64,000 nt of DNA from an uncultured Gammaproteobacteria bacterium (GTDB taxonomy: Bacteria > Patescibacteriota > Microgenomatia > Levybacterales > UBA12049): contig CAZERI010000003.1 of assembly GCA_964515545.1 (NCBI GenBank), forward strand, positions 88,246 to 152,245. The letters run 5' to 3'. Position 1 is the stretch's first letter, and every line of letters begins with the position of its first letter. Positions 36,625-46,106 of the stretch are shown one piece after another. Under the pieces are notes generated by a model, which did no database searches, was not told where the DNA came from, and saw only the letters and a program-made list of their open reading frames with translations. The translations under genes were made by a program, and so were the position numbers.

Positions 36625-37827
36625 ATGCCAGCAGTACAAAGATCAGAATTTGCCCTTGCACTCAATCAGGTCGCTACAGAACGCGGAGTTGATGTAGAAG
36701 TTGTCTTAGATACAGTCCGTAATGCAATTCTTGCAGCTTATCGTAAAGATCATCCTGGTGTAGAGGTGGAGGAATACACTGCAGAGTTAAATCCTAATAC
36801 TGGTGAAGCAAGTATTCTCCATAATGGCGAAGATGTAACCCCTCCAGGGTTCGGCCGAATCGCAGCTCAAACTGCTAAGCAAGTTATCCTCCAAAAAATC
36901 CGAGAAAAAGAAAAAGAAGCTATCATCTCAGACTATAAAGATAAATTAGGTCAGATTGTGAATGGTACGGTTCTTCGTTTTGCCGGTCCAAATATTATTG
37001 TTGATATCGGTAAAACAGAGGCTATTATGCCTCCTCAAGAACAAATCCGTGATGAAAAATATTATCAGAATCAACGCTTAGTCGTTTTTATTAAAGATAT
37101 TAGAGAAGGAGTTAAGGGTGAAGAAGTCATAGTATCACGAGCTGATAATGGCCTTCTAGAAGGACTTTTCAAGAGAGAAGTACCTGAGGTATCACAGGGA
37201 AGTGTCTTGTTGAGAGCAATTGTCCGTGAGCCTGGCAATCGTTCTAAAGTTTCAGTAGCTTCAACCCAAAGCGGTATTGATCCTGTAGGAAGCTGTGTGG
37301 GACAGAAAGGTGTCCGTGTCCAAGCCATTATTCAAGAAGTAGGCGGAGTAGAAAAAATAGACATTATTCAGTGGCAGGAAGATACTACTAGTTATGTTGC
37401 AGCAGCATTATCTCCTGCGAAAAATGTCCAAGTCCGTCTTAATGAAGAGGAAAAAATAGCGACAGTCATAGTTCCTCAGGAAGAATTATCATTAGCAATT
37501 GGGAAAGACGGTCAAAATGTGCGTCTAGCTTCCAAGTTAACGGGATATCGGATTGAGATTGAAGGAGCAGAGCTTCCTCACGAGGAGGAGCTGCCAGAGA
37601 CTAAAGAGGAAACAGCTTCTCAAGATACAGAGAGTGCTGATGTGGTAAAAGATACTGTTGAAGCAGAAGAGAATCCTGAAATTGCACAAGATGTAGAGCA
37701 AGAGCAGGTACTCGAAGAAAATGAAGCAGCAGAGACACCTGTTGATGCGCCTGATGCATCTGCAGAGGAGTCTATCCCTCCCACAACTGATACTACTGAT
37801 CAATCACAAGAAGAAACGACTGAGTAA
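36625..37827 (+). CDS. nusA: transcription termination/antitermination factor NusA
   Basis: N-terminal domain, S1 domain (GTVLRF...IIVDIG) and two KH domains (GSCVGQKGVRVQ...; AIGKDGQNVRLA); acidic C-terminal tail. Confidence 0.9.
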   Translation: MPAVQRSEFALALNQVATERGVDVEVVLDTVRNAILAAYRKDHPGVEVEEYTAELNPNTGEASILHNGEDVTPPGFGRIAAQTAKQVILQKIREKEKEAIISDYKDKLGQIVNGTVLRFAGPNIIVDIGKTEAIMPPQEQIRDEKYYQNQRLVVFIKDIREGVKGEEVIVSRADNGLLEGLFKREVPEVSQGSVLLRAIVREPGNRSKVSVASTQSGIDPVGSCVGQKGVRVQAIIQEVGGVEKIDIIQWQEDTTSYVAAALSPAKNVQVRLNEEEKIATVIVPQEELSLAIGKDGQNVRLASKLTGYRIEIEGAELPHEEELPETKEETASQDTESADVVKDTVEAEENPEIAQDVEQEQVLEENEAAETPVDAPDASAEESIPPTTDTTDQSQEETTE

Positions 37828-37866
37828 TATCGCTATGAACTCAACGTTTTATATCAATTACAACCT

Positions 37867-39318
37867 ATGCCAAACGAAAATCAATCACATATCTTTTATC
37901 CTCCAGTCGTAGCTGTTTTAGGTCATGTTGACCATGGTAAGACAACTCTCCTTGATGCTATCCGTCAAACATCTATTGCTGAGCGTGAGCATGGTGGTAT
38001 CACCCAAAAAATTGGTGCTTCCAGCGTCGAGATCCTCAATGATGGCAAACCACGGAGGATTACCTTCATTGATACCCCAGGACATGAGGCTTTTTCCCAG
38101 ATGCGTAGTCGCGGAGCTCTAGCAGCGGATATAGGCCTATTGATAATCTCAAGTGTTGATGGGGTAATGCCCCAAACAAGAGAGAGTATTAATGTTTTAA
38201 AGGCATCAGGTATTCCTATGATTGTCGTTCTCACAAAATCAGATCTTCCTACTAAAAATCCAGAAAAGGTTAAGGGACAAGTGCTCCGTGAAGGGATTAT
38301 GCTTGAGGGAATGGGTGGAGATGTTCCGGTTATTGAGGTAGCTGCTAAAACGAACCATAATATCAAAGAATTACTGGATCTTATTCTTCTGGTGGAGGAA
38401 GTGCAGCAGTCTTCTCATCCCCGTTCTGTTAGTCCTGGAAATCCTTTACGTGCTATTGTTATCGAGTCACGATTGGATCAGAAAGCAGGTCCCCGTGCAA
38501 CTCTTGTTATTAAAGACGGTAAGATGATGCCACGCCAAGAAGCCTTTGATGAGAATGGATCGTTTAAAGTGAGGTCCATCATGAACGATGCAGGTAAAAT
38601 GCTTCAAGAAGCAACTATCGGAGACGCCGTTGAGGTTTTAGGATTTCTGAAAGTACCAGCTGTGGGGAGTATTATTGGGGACAAACCTTCTAGTAAAAAT
38701 CAGAGAGAAGAAAGCCTGAGGAAAGAATTTGCTTATTCTCCTTCGGCAAATCAGGAAGAAATCCCAATTATTTTAGTAGCTGATTCGCAGGGATCAGTCG
38801 AAGCTATTACCCATGCTCTTCCAGAAAAAATTAATGTTCTAGAGGAAAAAACCGGTGAAATGAGTGAAAGTGACGTGCTTCATGCTAAATCTACAGGTGC
38901 AATTATTATCGGTTTTAACTCTAAAATGAGACCTGAGGTTATGAAGCTAGCACGTACCGAAAAGGTACTTATGAAAAATTATAATATCATTTATGAACTT
39001 TTAGATGAGCTGGCTGATGTATTGGAAGGAAAACGGCTTTCACAAATTGAAGAAATTTATGGGACAGCTACTATTTTGGCAAAGTTTCCCTTCGAGAAGA
39101 CTTTTGCCTTAGGGATAACAGTTACTGATGGCCGAATTGCACGTGGAGATAAGATCAGAATTCTAAGAGGTGAAGATATTATAGGTGAGTCACAGGTGAG
39201 TTCTCTCCGTATAGGTAAGAACCCTACTTCAAAGGTTGAGAAGGGGCATGAAGCAGGCATAGTTATTACACCTATGCTTGACTTTCAAGCCGGAGATGTG
39301 GTACTATCCCATGAATAA
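37867..39318 (+). CDS. infB: translation initiation factor IF-2 (short form starting at the G domain)
   Basis: VVAVLGHVDHGKTTLLDAIR, DTPGHEAF, TKSD G-motifs; 483 aa without the N-terminal extension. Confidence 0.9.
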   Translation: MPNENQSHIFYPPVVAVLGHVDHGKTTLLDAIRQTSIAEREHGGITQKIGASSVEILNDGKPRRITFIDTPGHEAFSQMRSRGALAADIGLLIISSVDGVMPQTRESINVLKASGIPMIVVLTKSDLPTKNPEKVKGQVLREGIMLEGMGGDVPVIEVAAKTNHNIKELLDLILLVEEVQQSSHPRSVSPGNPLRAIVIESRLDQKAGPRATLVIKDGKMMPRQEAFDENGSFKVRSIMNDAGKMLQEATIGDAVEVLGFLKVPAVGSIIGDKPSSKNQREESLRKEFAYSPSANQEEIPIILVADSQGSVEAITHALPEKINVLEEKTGEMSESDVLHAKSTGAIIIGFNSKMRPEVMKLARTEKVLMKNYNIIYELLDELADVLEGKRLSQIEEIYGTATILAKFPFEKTFALGITVTDGRIARGDKIRILRGEDIIGESQVSSLRIGKNPTSKVEKGHEAGIVITPMLDFQAGDVVLSHE

Positions 39319-39329
39319 TATAGGATAGT

Positions 39330-40388
39330 ATGGATAATCAAGCGCTTCAACAAATTAAAGATACTATAGCATCAAGTCAGCTGGTCTCAATTGCTGTATC
39401 ACAGAACCCAACTATTGATCAGATGGCTGCTGCCCTCTCTCTCTACCTAAATTTTTCTTCCCAAGGTAAAAGAGTTACTGTTGTTTCACCAACTGAGCCT
39501 ATTGTGGAGCTCTCTTCACTTGTTGGTATTGATAAAGTAAAAAGTTCAAATGAAGGAACAGGGGGCGATCTCGTTGTTTCTTTCCCTTATCGTGAAGGTG
39601 AAATTGAAAAAGTCTCCTACACTATAGATAATGGCCAGCTCAATATTGTAGTTAAAGCTGGAGCCAACGGTCTTACTTTTTCTGAGCAGGATGTCCTTTT
39701 TAAACGCGGAGCTGATAAGCCTGATCTTCTCGTAACAGTAGGAGTTCAGCGTCTCTCTGATATTGGGGGATTATTTCCTCAAGACGCTCTTACCGATGTA
39801 ACAATCATTAATATTGATAACAGTAGTCAGAACGAAGGATTTGGCGGAATGGTTCTTGTCTCGCCTAAGTTCTCCTCTCTCTCAGAACAGGTAGCTGATT
39901 TAATGCTTAACCTTGGATATGAAGTAGATGTCGATGAATCACAAAATCTCCTTTCAGGTATTATTAACGCTACCAATAATTTCCAGAATCCAAATACGTC
40001 ATATTTGGCATTTGAAATAGCATCAATTTTTATGAAGCGTGGTGCAGTCCGTTCAGTTCGTTCTCCTCAACCTGCAGCTCAGCAAAGACAGTTCCAACCT
40101 CAAGCACGACCACAACAGCGTCAGCAAATACAGCCACAGCAAAGTCCATCTCGTCAGAATGATAGACAGGTTCGTCGTGATGCAATCCGTGAGGCGTTAA
40201 AGACGCAGTCTCAGAACCGTCAAGATCAGTTACGCCGTGAAGATCGTAACAACCAGCCTCGTCCACAGCAGCAAGCACAACCTCAACAGCTTCAACCACA
40301 GCCTCAGCAGGAGACTACAACTCCCTCACAAAAACCACCTTCTGATTGGTTAACGCCAAAAGTGTACAAAGGTTCAACTAACGTCTAA
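39330..40388 (+). CDS. hypothetical protein, possibly a degenerate DHH-family (NrnA-like) fold, with Q/R/P-rich C-terminal tail
   Basis: Its N-terminus (VSIAVSQNPTIDQMAAALSL) aligns by eye with the NrnA motif-I region (HxxPDxDxxGS) but catalytic residues are substituted. It occupies the infB-rpsO slot where rbfA/DHH genes sit in other bacteria. A ~100-aa PQQ/RQ low-complexity tail follows. Confidence 0.3.
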   Translation: MDNQALQQIKDTIASSQLVSIAVSQNPTIDQMAAALSLYLNFSSQGKRVTVVSPTEPIVELSSLVGIDKVKSSNEGTGGDLVVSFPYREGEIEKVSYTIDNGQLNIVVKAGANGLTFSEQDVLFKRGADKPDLLVTVGVQRLSDIGGLFPQDALTDVTIINIDNSSQNEGFGGMVLVSPKFSSLSEQVADLMLNLGYEVDVDESQNLLSGIINATNNFQNPNTSYLAFEIASIFMKRGAVRSVRSPQPAAQQRQFQPQARPQQRQQIQPQQSPSRQNDRQVRRDAIREALKTQSQNRQDQLRREDRNNQPRPQQQAQPQQLQPQPQQETTTPSQKPPSDWLTPKVYKGSTNV

Positions 40389-40397
40389 GGCCTTCTG

Positions 40398-40426
40398 TTG
40401 CGGAACGTTCGCAAACTTGGTATAAT
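40398..40426 (+). promoter_or_regulatory. promoter of rpsO-pnp (TTGCGG-N17-TATAAT with extended TG); predicted leaderless
   Basis: TGgTATAAT extended -10 at 40418-40426; the rpsO ATG is 8 nt downstream with no SD. Confidence 0.45.
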
Positions 40427-40434
40427 ACACTCCT

Positions 40435-40704
40435 ATGCCACTTTCAACAACACAGAAACAAGATATTATTAAAGAGTTCCAAACAGTCGATGGAGATACA
40501 GGGAGTCCTGAAGTACAGATAGCTCTTCTTACTCATCGTATTACTCGTCTTGCAGATCATCTAAAAGATCATGGACACGATGTCCACAGTAGACGTGGAC
40601 TTCTCTCAATGATTGCTAAAAGACGCCGTCTTCTTAACTTCTTAGTTAAAGTAGATAAAACTAGAGCATCTGATATAAAGAAGAAGATTGGATTGAAAGA
40701 CTAA
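40435..40704 (+). CDS. rpsO: 30S ribosomal protein S15
   Basis: 89 aa; ...GSPEVQIALLTHRITRLADHLKDHGHDVHSRRGLLSMIAKRRRLLNFL... is the S15 signature. Confidence 0.9.
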   Translation: MPLSTTQKQDIIKEFQTVDGDTGSPEVQIALLTHRITRLADHLKDHGHDVHSRRGLLSMIAKRRRLLNFLVKVDKTRASDIKKKIGLKD

Positions 40705-40708
40705 ATAA

Positions 40709-43120
40709 ATGCAAAAAACCTCTGCTACACTTGATTTCGCAGGTAAACCACTCACTTTTGAAATAGGTCGCCTTGCTCCTCAAGCTACATCATCTATACT
40801 TGCCCGACTAGGAGATACCGTTGTTTTGGTGACGGTTGTTGCCGGTAAACTTCGAGAAGATATTGATTATTTTCCGCTTAGCGTTGAATATACAGAGAAG
40901 CTTTATGCTGGCGGACGTATTAAAGGAAGCCGTTGGGTAAAACGTGAAGGTCGTCCGACTGATGAGGCTATCCTTATTAGTCGTCTTATCGATCGTTCTA
41001 TCCGTCCACTTTTTCCTAAAGAATATAAAAATGAAGTCCAGGTAGTGGTAACTGTCCTTTCAGTGGATGGCGAACATGAGCCAGATATTTTGGCACTAAA
41101 TGCAGTCTCTGCTGCTATTGCTATCTCTCCTATCCCATGGAAAGGCCCAATTGGCGCTATCCGCATGGGTACTAAAAAAGATGAGTCTGCAGGAAAGTCA
41201 GCACTTATTGCAAACCCTACAGCTACCGAAGGGGAATCCTCTGAGTTGGATATCGTAGTTTCACAGAGTAAAGAGTTAACAGTTATGCTTGAAGCTGGCG
41301 CTATGCAGGTTCCTGAGGATGTTATCCATGGAGCAATTGTTGATGCTCATACAGAAACTCGCAAGATGATTGAGTTCATAGAAGGGTTAGTTAAAAAAGT
41401 TGGGCAGACCAAACAAGAAGTTACTCCTAATGCTCTTTTGAAAGAAGCAATTACGGTGATTGAAAAAGGCTACAAAGCTGAGGTAGGAGCCCTGATTAAA
41501 GGCCGTGCTAATAAAGAAGGAAGTGGTTCAGAGACTGATGAACTTCTAACAAAAATAGTTGATGAGTACAAGATGGCTAATGAAAATGGAGAATTAGATA
41601 AGAAAACATTCTCGAAAGCATTAGAGGCAGTTATGTTTAAGATCATAAGAAGTAATGTTATTACCAAAAAGGATCGTCCAGACGGTCGAAAGATTGATGA
41701 AGTCCGTACTATCACTGTTGAAGCTGGAGTATTACCTCGTACACATGGTTCAGCTATCTTTGAGAGAGGTCTTACCCAGGCGCTCTCAATTGTTACGCTT
41801 GGATCTCCTCGTATGGAACAGCTTATCGAATCTGCAGAGGGAGAAGAATCAAAGAGATATATTCATCACTATTCAGGACCGCCATATTCTGTAGGGGAAG
41901 CTGGCCGTATTGGTACGCCCTCTCGTCGTGAGATTGGCCATGGCGCACTTGCAGAACGTGCGTTGTTAGGAGTTATTCCATCTCAGGAGAAGTTTCCTTA
42001 TACAATTCGTGTCGTCTCTGAAGTTTTGTCACAAAATGGTTCAAGCTCTATGGCATCAACCTGTGGATCCACGATGGCATTAATGGATGCTGGAGTTCCT
42101 ATTCTTAGTCCAGTTGCAGGTATTTCTATCGGAATGATGTCTGATGAGAAAGACTATGTCTTGCTTACAGATATTATTGGCCTTGAAGACTTTTCTGGAG
42201 ATATGGACTTTAAAGTAGCAGGAACTGAAACAGGTGTAACTGCAATTCAACTCGATGTTAAAGTTCCAGGACTTACTGATGAACAGGTTAAAGAGATTTT
42301 TGATAGAGCACGAAGTGCTCGTATGGAGATTCTTAAGAAAATGCTGGCAGTTCTTCCTGAACCTCGCTCAACTATTTCGGCTTTTGCTCCCAAAATTGAG
42401 CAACTACAAATTCCTGTTGAAAAAATTGGTGAGCTTATCGGTCCTGGTGGAAAGACTATCAAGAATATTATTGCTTCAACAGGTGCACAAGTAGATGTTG
42501 AGGATGATGGTACAGTCACCATTTCAGGCGTTGATCAAGAAGCTGTTACTAAAGCAATTGATTGGGTAAGCGGGTTAACACGAGAAGTACAAGTAGGAGA
42601 AGAATTTGAAGGACCTGTAAAACGTATTTTACCTTTTGGAGCCTTTGTTGAGATCCTTCCTGGTAAAGAAGGAATGGTTCATGTCTCAAAAATGGGCGAG
42701 GGATTTGTTAAGAGTCCTGAAGATGTCGTTTCACTTGGACAAATTGTCAAGGTAAAAGTCTATGAGATAGATGATCAGGGACGTATTAATCTTACTATGA
42801 AATTTGGGGCTCAAGGTGAAGATAATGAATCTCAGTCAGGTTCAGGATCTTCAGAAGGTAATAATCGGGGAGGATACTCTCCACGAGGTCCTAGGAATGA
42901 TTACAGAGGCTCTGAGAGACGATCAGGACGTCCTTATGACCGTAAACCATATGAGCGCCGTTCAGAGAGTACAGGCTTCCCTCGGGATAATCGTGACTTT
43001 CCTCGTAATGATAACCAACCTTCATCTCGAAGCGATCACCCTTTAGCTCAGCAATTCCGAAGAGAGCGCATGGAGAAAAATCGTACGCAGGGATCAACTC
43101 GTCGTCGTACCCACTACTAA
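40709..43120 (+). CDS. pnp: polynucleotide phosphorylase (PNPase) with R/G/S-rich C-terminal tail
   Basis: Two RNase PH domains, KH (IGPGGKTIKNI) and S1 (GEEFEGPVKRILPFGAFVEI) domains; ~80-aa RG-rich extension. Confidence 0.95.
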   Translation: MQKTSATLDFAGKPLTFEIGRLAPQATSSILARLGDTVVLVTVVAGKLREDIDYFPLSVEYTEKLYAGGRIKGSRWVKREGRPTDEAILISRLIDRSIRPLFPKEYKNEVQVVVTVLSVDGEHEPDILALNAVSAAIAISPIPWKGPIGAIRMGTKKDESAGKSALIANPTATEGESSELDIVVSQSKELTVMLEAGAMQVPEDVIHGAIVDAHTETRKMIEFIEGLVKKVGQTKQEVTPNALLKEAITVIEKGYKAEVGALIKGRANKEGSGSETDELLTKIVDEYKMANENGELDKKTFSKALEAVMFKIIRSNVITKKDRPDGRKIDEVRTITVEAGVLPRTHGSAIFERGLTQALSIVTLGSPRMEQLIESAEGEESKRYIHHYSGPPYSVGEAGRIGTPSRREIGHGALAERALLGVIPSQEKFPYTIRVVSEVLSQNGSSSMASTCGSTMALMDAGVPILSPVAGISIGMMSDEKDYVLLTDIIGLEDFSGDMDFKVAGTETGVTAIQLDVKVPGLTDEQVKEIFDRARSARMEILKKMLAVLPEPRSTISAFAPKIEQLQIPVEKIGELIGPGGKTIKNIIASTGAQVDVEDDGTVTISGVDQEAVTKAIDWVSGLTREVQVGEEFEGPVKRILPFGAFVEILPGKEGMVHVSKMGEGFVKSPEDVVSLGQIVKVKVYEIDDQGRINLTMKFGAQGEDNESQSGSGSSEGNNRGGYSPRGPRNDYRGSERRSGRPYDRKPYERRSESTGFPRDNRDFPRNDNQPSSRSDHPLAQQFRRERMEKNRTQGSTRRRTHY

Positions 43121-43168
43121 TCGATAAGCTCTCTTTCTCTTTGTCTTAATTTCGGCTAATATAGTACT

Positions 43169-44296
43169 ATGTTGGATACTGCTCTCCCGACAATTACTCC
43201 ATCAAACACACCCCCTGCAGATCTTTCTGATAAAGGTGAGTCTGTAGATCAGATTAGAAAACTGGGTGAACGGGTAGAAAAGACAGAACTTCCTGATCTT
43301 CTCAAACAAAACCTCCTAGAGCGAATCTCACGATTAGCTCTTATTAGAGCAAGTGCCGGATTTATGAGTGCTAATTACATCTTGGAATATGAAAATACCT
43401 CAACGTATGTAAATTGGATAGTCGGTCTTCCATGGCAGAGACAGAGCGCAGATACACTAGACCTAGTTAAAGCCAAACAAATTATGGATAAAAATCATTA
43501 CGGGTTAGTTACTATTAAGGAAAGAATATTAGACTACCTAGCAACTCTTATTTTGAATATGAAAGAAGGTAATCACAAAGCAGTTCAAAGAGCGCCAATC
43601 CTCTGCTTAGTAGGGTTGGCAGGAACTGGAAAAACAACGTTAGCTAAGTCTATTGCAGAAGCATTAGGGAAGCAGTTTGAACGTATTCCCTTTGGAGGAA
43701 TGGCAGATTCAAGGGCGCTGCGCGGACAGTCCAAAGCATTTCCTGATAGTGAGCCTGGATATGTTATCAAGAAACTCTTCCATGCTCAGACAAGTAATCC
43801 AGTGATGCTCTTGGATGAATTAGATCGTGTTACTGAATCTGCACGAGCTGATATCATGGGTGTTTTAGTCGAGTTATTAGACCCTGAGCAGAACTTTGCT
43901 TTTACTGATCATTACATAGATTATGCCTATAACATGTCAAATGTGTTATTTGTCGCAACAGCAAATAATACAACTAATATCTCAACAGCAGTCCTTGATC
44001 GTCTAGAGATCATTCAGATGCCTTCCTATACAGACGAGGAGAAAATTGTGATCGCGAAAGTTTATCTATTTAACAAAATTAGAAGTGAAGCGGGCCTTTC
44101 AGAACAACAGCTGGTGATTGATGAAGCAGTATGGCCTGGAATCATTAGACCATTGGGATTTGACTCTGGGATTCGTTCGCTGGAACGTACCATTGAAGGA
44201 ATGTGTCGGCGTGTTGCTCGGCGGATTGTAGAAGGAAAGGTGCAGACTGTTAGGATAACAGATATGAATCTAAAAGAGTTTTTACCGACATGGTAA
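43169..44296 (+). CDS. Lon-like AAA+ ATPase module lacking the S16 peptidase domain
   Basis: Aligns by eye with Lon from the coiled-coil/linker (VGLPWQRQSADTLDLVKAKQIMDKNHYGLVTIKERILDYLA) through Walker A (GLAGTGKTT), Walker B (MLLDELDRV), LEVLDPEQN-like (VELLDPEQNFAFTDHY) and sensor-2 (SGIRSLERTIEGMCRR). It stops exactly at the AAA+/protease boundary. Confidence 0.75.
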   Translation: MLDTALPTITPSNTPPADLSDKGESVDQIRKLGERVEKTELPDLLKQNLLERISRLALIRASAGFMSANYILEYENTSTYVNWIVGLPWQRQSADTLDLVKAKQIMDKNHYGLVTIKERILDYLATLILNMKEGNHKAVQRAPILCLVGLAGTGKTTLAKSIAEALGKQFERIPFGGMADSRALRGQSKAFPDSEPGYVIKKLFHAQTSNPVMLLDELDRVTESARADIMGVLVELLDPEQNFAFTDHYIDYAYNMSNVLFVATANNTTNISTAVLDRLEIIQMPSYTDEEKIVIAKVYLFNKIRSEAGLSEQQLVIDEAVWPGIIRPLGFDSGIRSLERTIEGMCRRVARRIVEGKVQTVRITDMNLKEFLPTW

Positions 44297-44309
44297 CCCT
44301 AAATAAGAA

Positions 44310-46040
44310 ATGAGAACACAAAAAGTTGTATACTATGCTCCAATGGACACTAAAAATAAACAAGTTGTAAAGGATAGCCCTTTCCCTCAAGATTCTCTCT
44401 CATTTATTCCTTTAGGTGGAATTGAAGATGTTACGAAGAATATGTACGTCTATGAGTATCGTGATGAGATATTGATAGTGGATTGCGGTATTGGTTTTGC
44501 AGATGCCTCAGCGATTGGAGTAGATCTTCTCCTCCCTGATATTACTTATCTTCTTCAAACCAAGAAAAAAATTGTGGGACTCCTCCTTACTCATGGGCAT
44601 GAAGATCATATAGGAGCTCTTCCCTATATTCTGCCTCAGCTACCTGTATTTCCAGTCTTTGGTACTCCTTTTACCGCAGCTCTTGCCAACGCTAAATTGA
44701 AGGATTTTGATTTGCCAGCTAACATCCGTTCTGTTAATTTTACCGATAGTCCATTACAGCTTGGAAGCTTTTCAGCTAAATTTATTCAGGTAACTCACTC
44801 GATTCCTGATACTTCACATATTGTTATCAAATCTCCTGTTGGGACTATTTATCATGGTAGTGACTTTAAGGTAGATTTGACTCCCTATGATGGTAAAAGA
44901 ATGGATTTTAAGAGTATCGTTGATAGTTCTAAAGAAGGAGTCCTTATTCATCTGTCAGATGCGTTGGGGTCGGACCGCTCCGGACAGACTCCCTCTGAAG
45001 CAGGTATACAAAATACCTTTGAAGATATTTTCAGAAATTTTAAGGGAAAGATCCTAGTAACTACCTACTCTTCCAACGTCTCCCGTATCAATCAAATTAT
45101 CGCAGCTTCTGAAAAAGGGAAAAGGAAAGTAGCCTTCGTGGGAAGATCTCTTATTAAAGTAACAGATGTGGCTAGAAGACTAGGGTACTTACAGGTGGAA
45201 GATGGAACTATTATAGAGCTTGAGCATATGAAGAATTACCCAGATTCACAGATGGTCCTTATTGTAGCGGGAAGTCAAGGACAGGAGAATTCGGCTATGA
45301 CTCGAATTGCAGAAGGAGAACATCGTGATATCAAACTTACCCCTAAGGACGCTGTAGTTTTTTCAGCAGATCCGATTCCTGGCAATGAAGAAGCAGTTAA
45401 TGATCTTATTGATACTATTGCAAAAACAGGAGCCAGAGCTTTTACTTCTCAGCCGAACCAGCTTCTCCATGTCTCTGGCCATGGTTCACAGCAGGATCAT
45501 CTGCTGATGATGTCGCTTATTAAATCACGGTATCTGATACCAATAAGTGGGAATTATAAGCATCTTGTATACTACAAAGATTTAGCTAAAAAGATGAATT
45601 ATACTGACAAACAAGTCCTTATCCTCGAGAATGGTCAAGAGGTTATCTTCTCGACAGGAAACTATAAGTATGGCCGTAAAATTCCTACAAAAAATGTGTA
45701 TGTTGATCAGCTATCAGGAGAAGAAGTGGAAGGATTTGTACTCAGAGACCGTGAAAAGCTAGCAAAAGACGGGATTGTAATCCTTATGGTTGAAGTAGCA
45801 GTAGCTGATGGCCAAATGGTCAATACTCCGGATATTATAGCCCGAGGACTGCTGCCCAAAGATGCGGATACTATAGTCTCATCACTTACCCGTGAGTTGA
45901 AAGTACTCCTTTCAAAAAAGCGTGGAAGAGTGACAAATTGGGTGCATGTCAGACGTCAAATTGAAGAAGTTGCAAGTAAGCATATTTATCATAAGCTCCG
46001 TCGTCGTCCGCTTGTTCTTCCAATAGTTATAGAGGTTTAA
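44310..46040 (+). CDS. rnj: ribonuclease J (metallo-beta-lactamase / beta-CASP RNase)
   Basis: LLTHGHEDHIGALPYIL (HxHxDH), beta-CASP motifs, 576 aa. Confidence 0.85.
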   Translation: MRTQKVVYYAPMDTKNKQVVKDSPFPQDSLSFIPLGGIEDVTKNMYVYEYRDEILIVDCGIGFADASAIGVDLLLPDITYLLQTKKKIVGLLLTHGHEDHIGALPYILPQLPVFPVFGTPFTAALANAKLKDFDLPANIRSVNFTDSPLQLGSFSAKFIQVTHSIPDTSHIVIKSPVGTIYHGSDFKVDLTPYDGKRMDFKSIVDSSKEGVLIHLSDALGSDRSGQTPSEAGIQNTFEDIFRNFKGKILVTTYSSNVSRINQIIAASEKGKRKVAFVGRSLIKVTDVARRLGYLQVEDGTIIELEHMKNYPDSQMVLIVAGSQGQENSAMTRIAEGEHRDIKLTPKDAVVFSADPIPGNEEAVNDLIDTIAKTGARAFTSQPNQLLHVSGHGSQQDHLLMMSLIKSRYLIPISGNYKHLVYYKDLAKKMNYTDKQVLILENGQEVIFSTGNYKYGRKIPTKNVYVDQLSGEEVEGFVLRDREKLAKDGIVILMVEVAVADGQMVNTPDIIARGLLPKDADTIVSSLTRELKVLLSKKRGRVTNWVHVRRQIEEVASKHIYHKLRRRPLVLPIVIEV

Positions 46041-46106
46041 AGCTACCTGAGCTATGCAAAAAGTAGCTATTTATGCTATGCTTTTTGAGCTCCTATAAAT
46101 AAGTCT

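Noticed and set aside
43134-43168. Promoter upstream of the Lon-like gene (TAATAT / TATAGT elements right before ATG)
   Set aside because: No usable -35 element at proper spacing (best TTTCTC). This may be a leaderless start read through from pnp, but it is not supported well enough to list as a feature.
43169-46040. Lon-like ORF as a frameshifted pseudogene whose protease domain continues downstream
   Set aside because: The downstream ORF (44310-46040) is unambiguously RNase J (HxHxDH, beta-CASP) from its first residues. No S16 peptidase motif (Ser-Lys dyad region) occurs in any frame after 44296.
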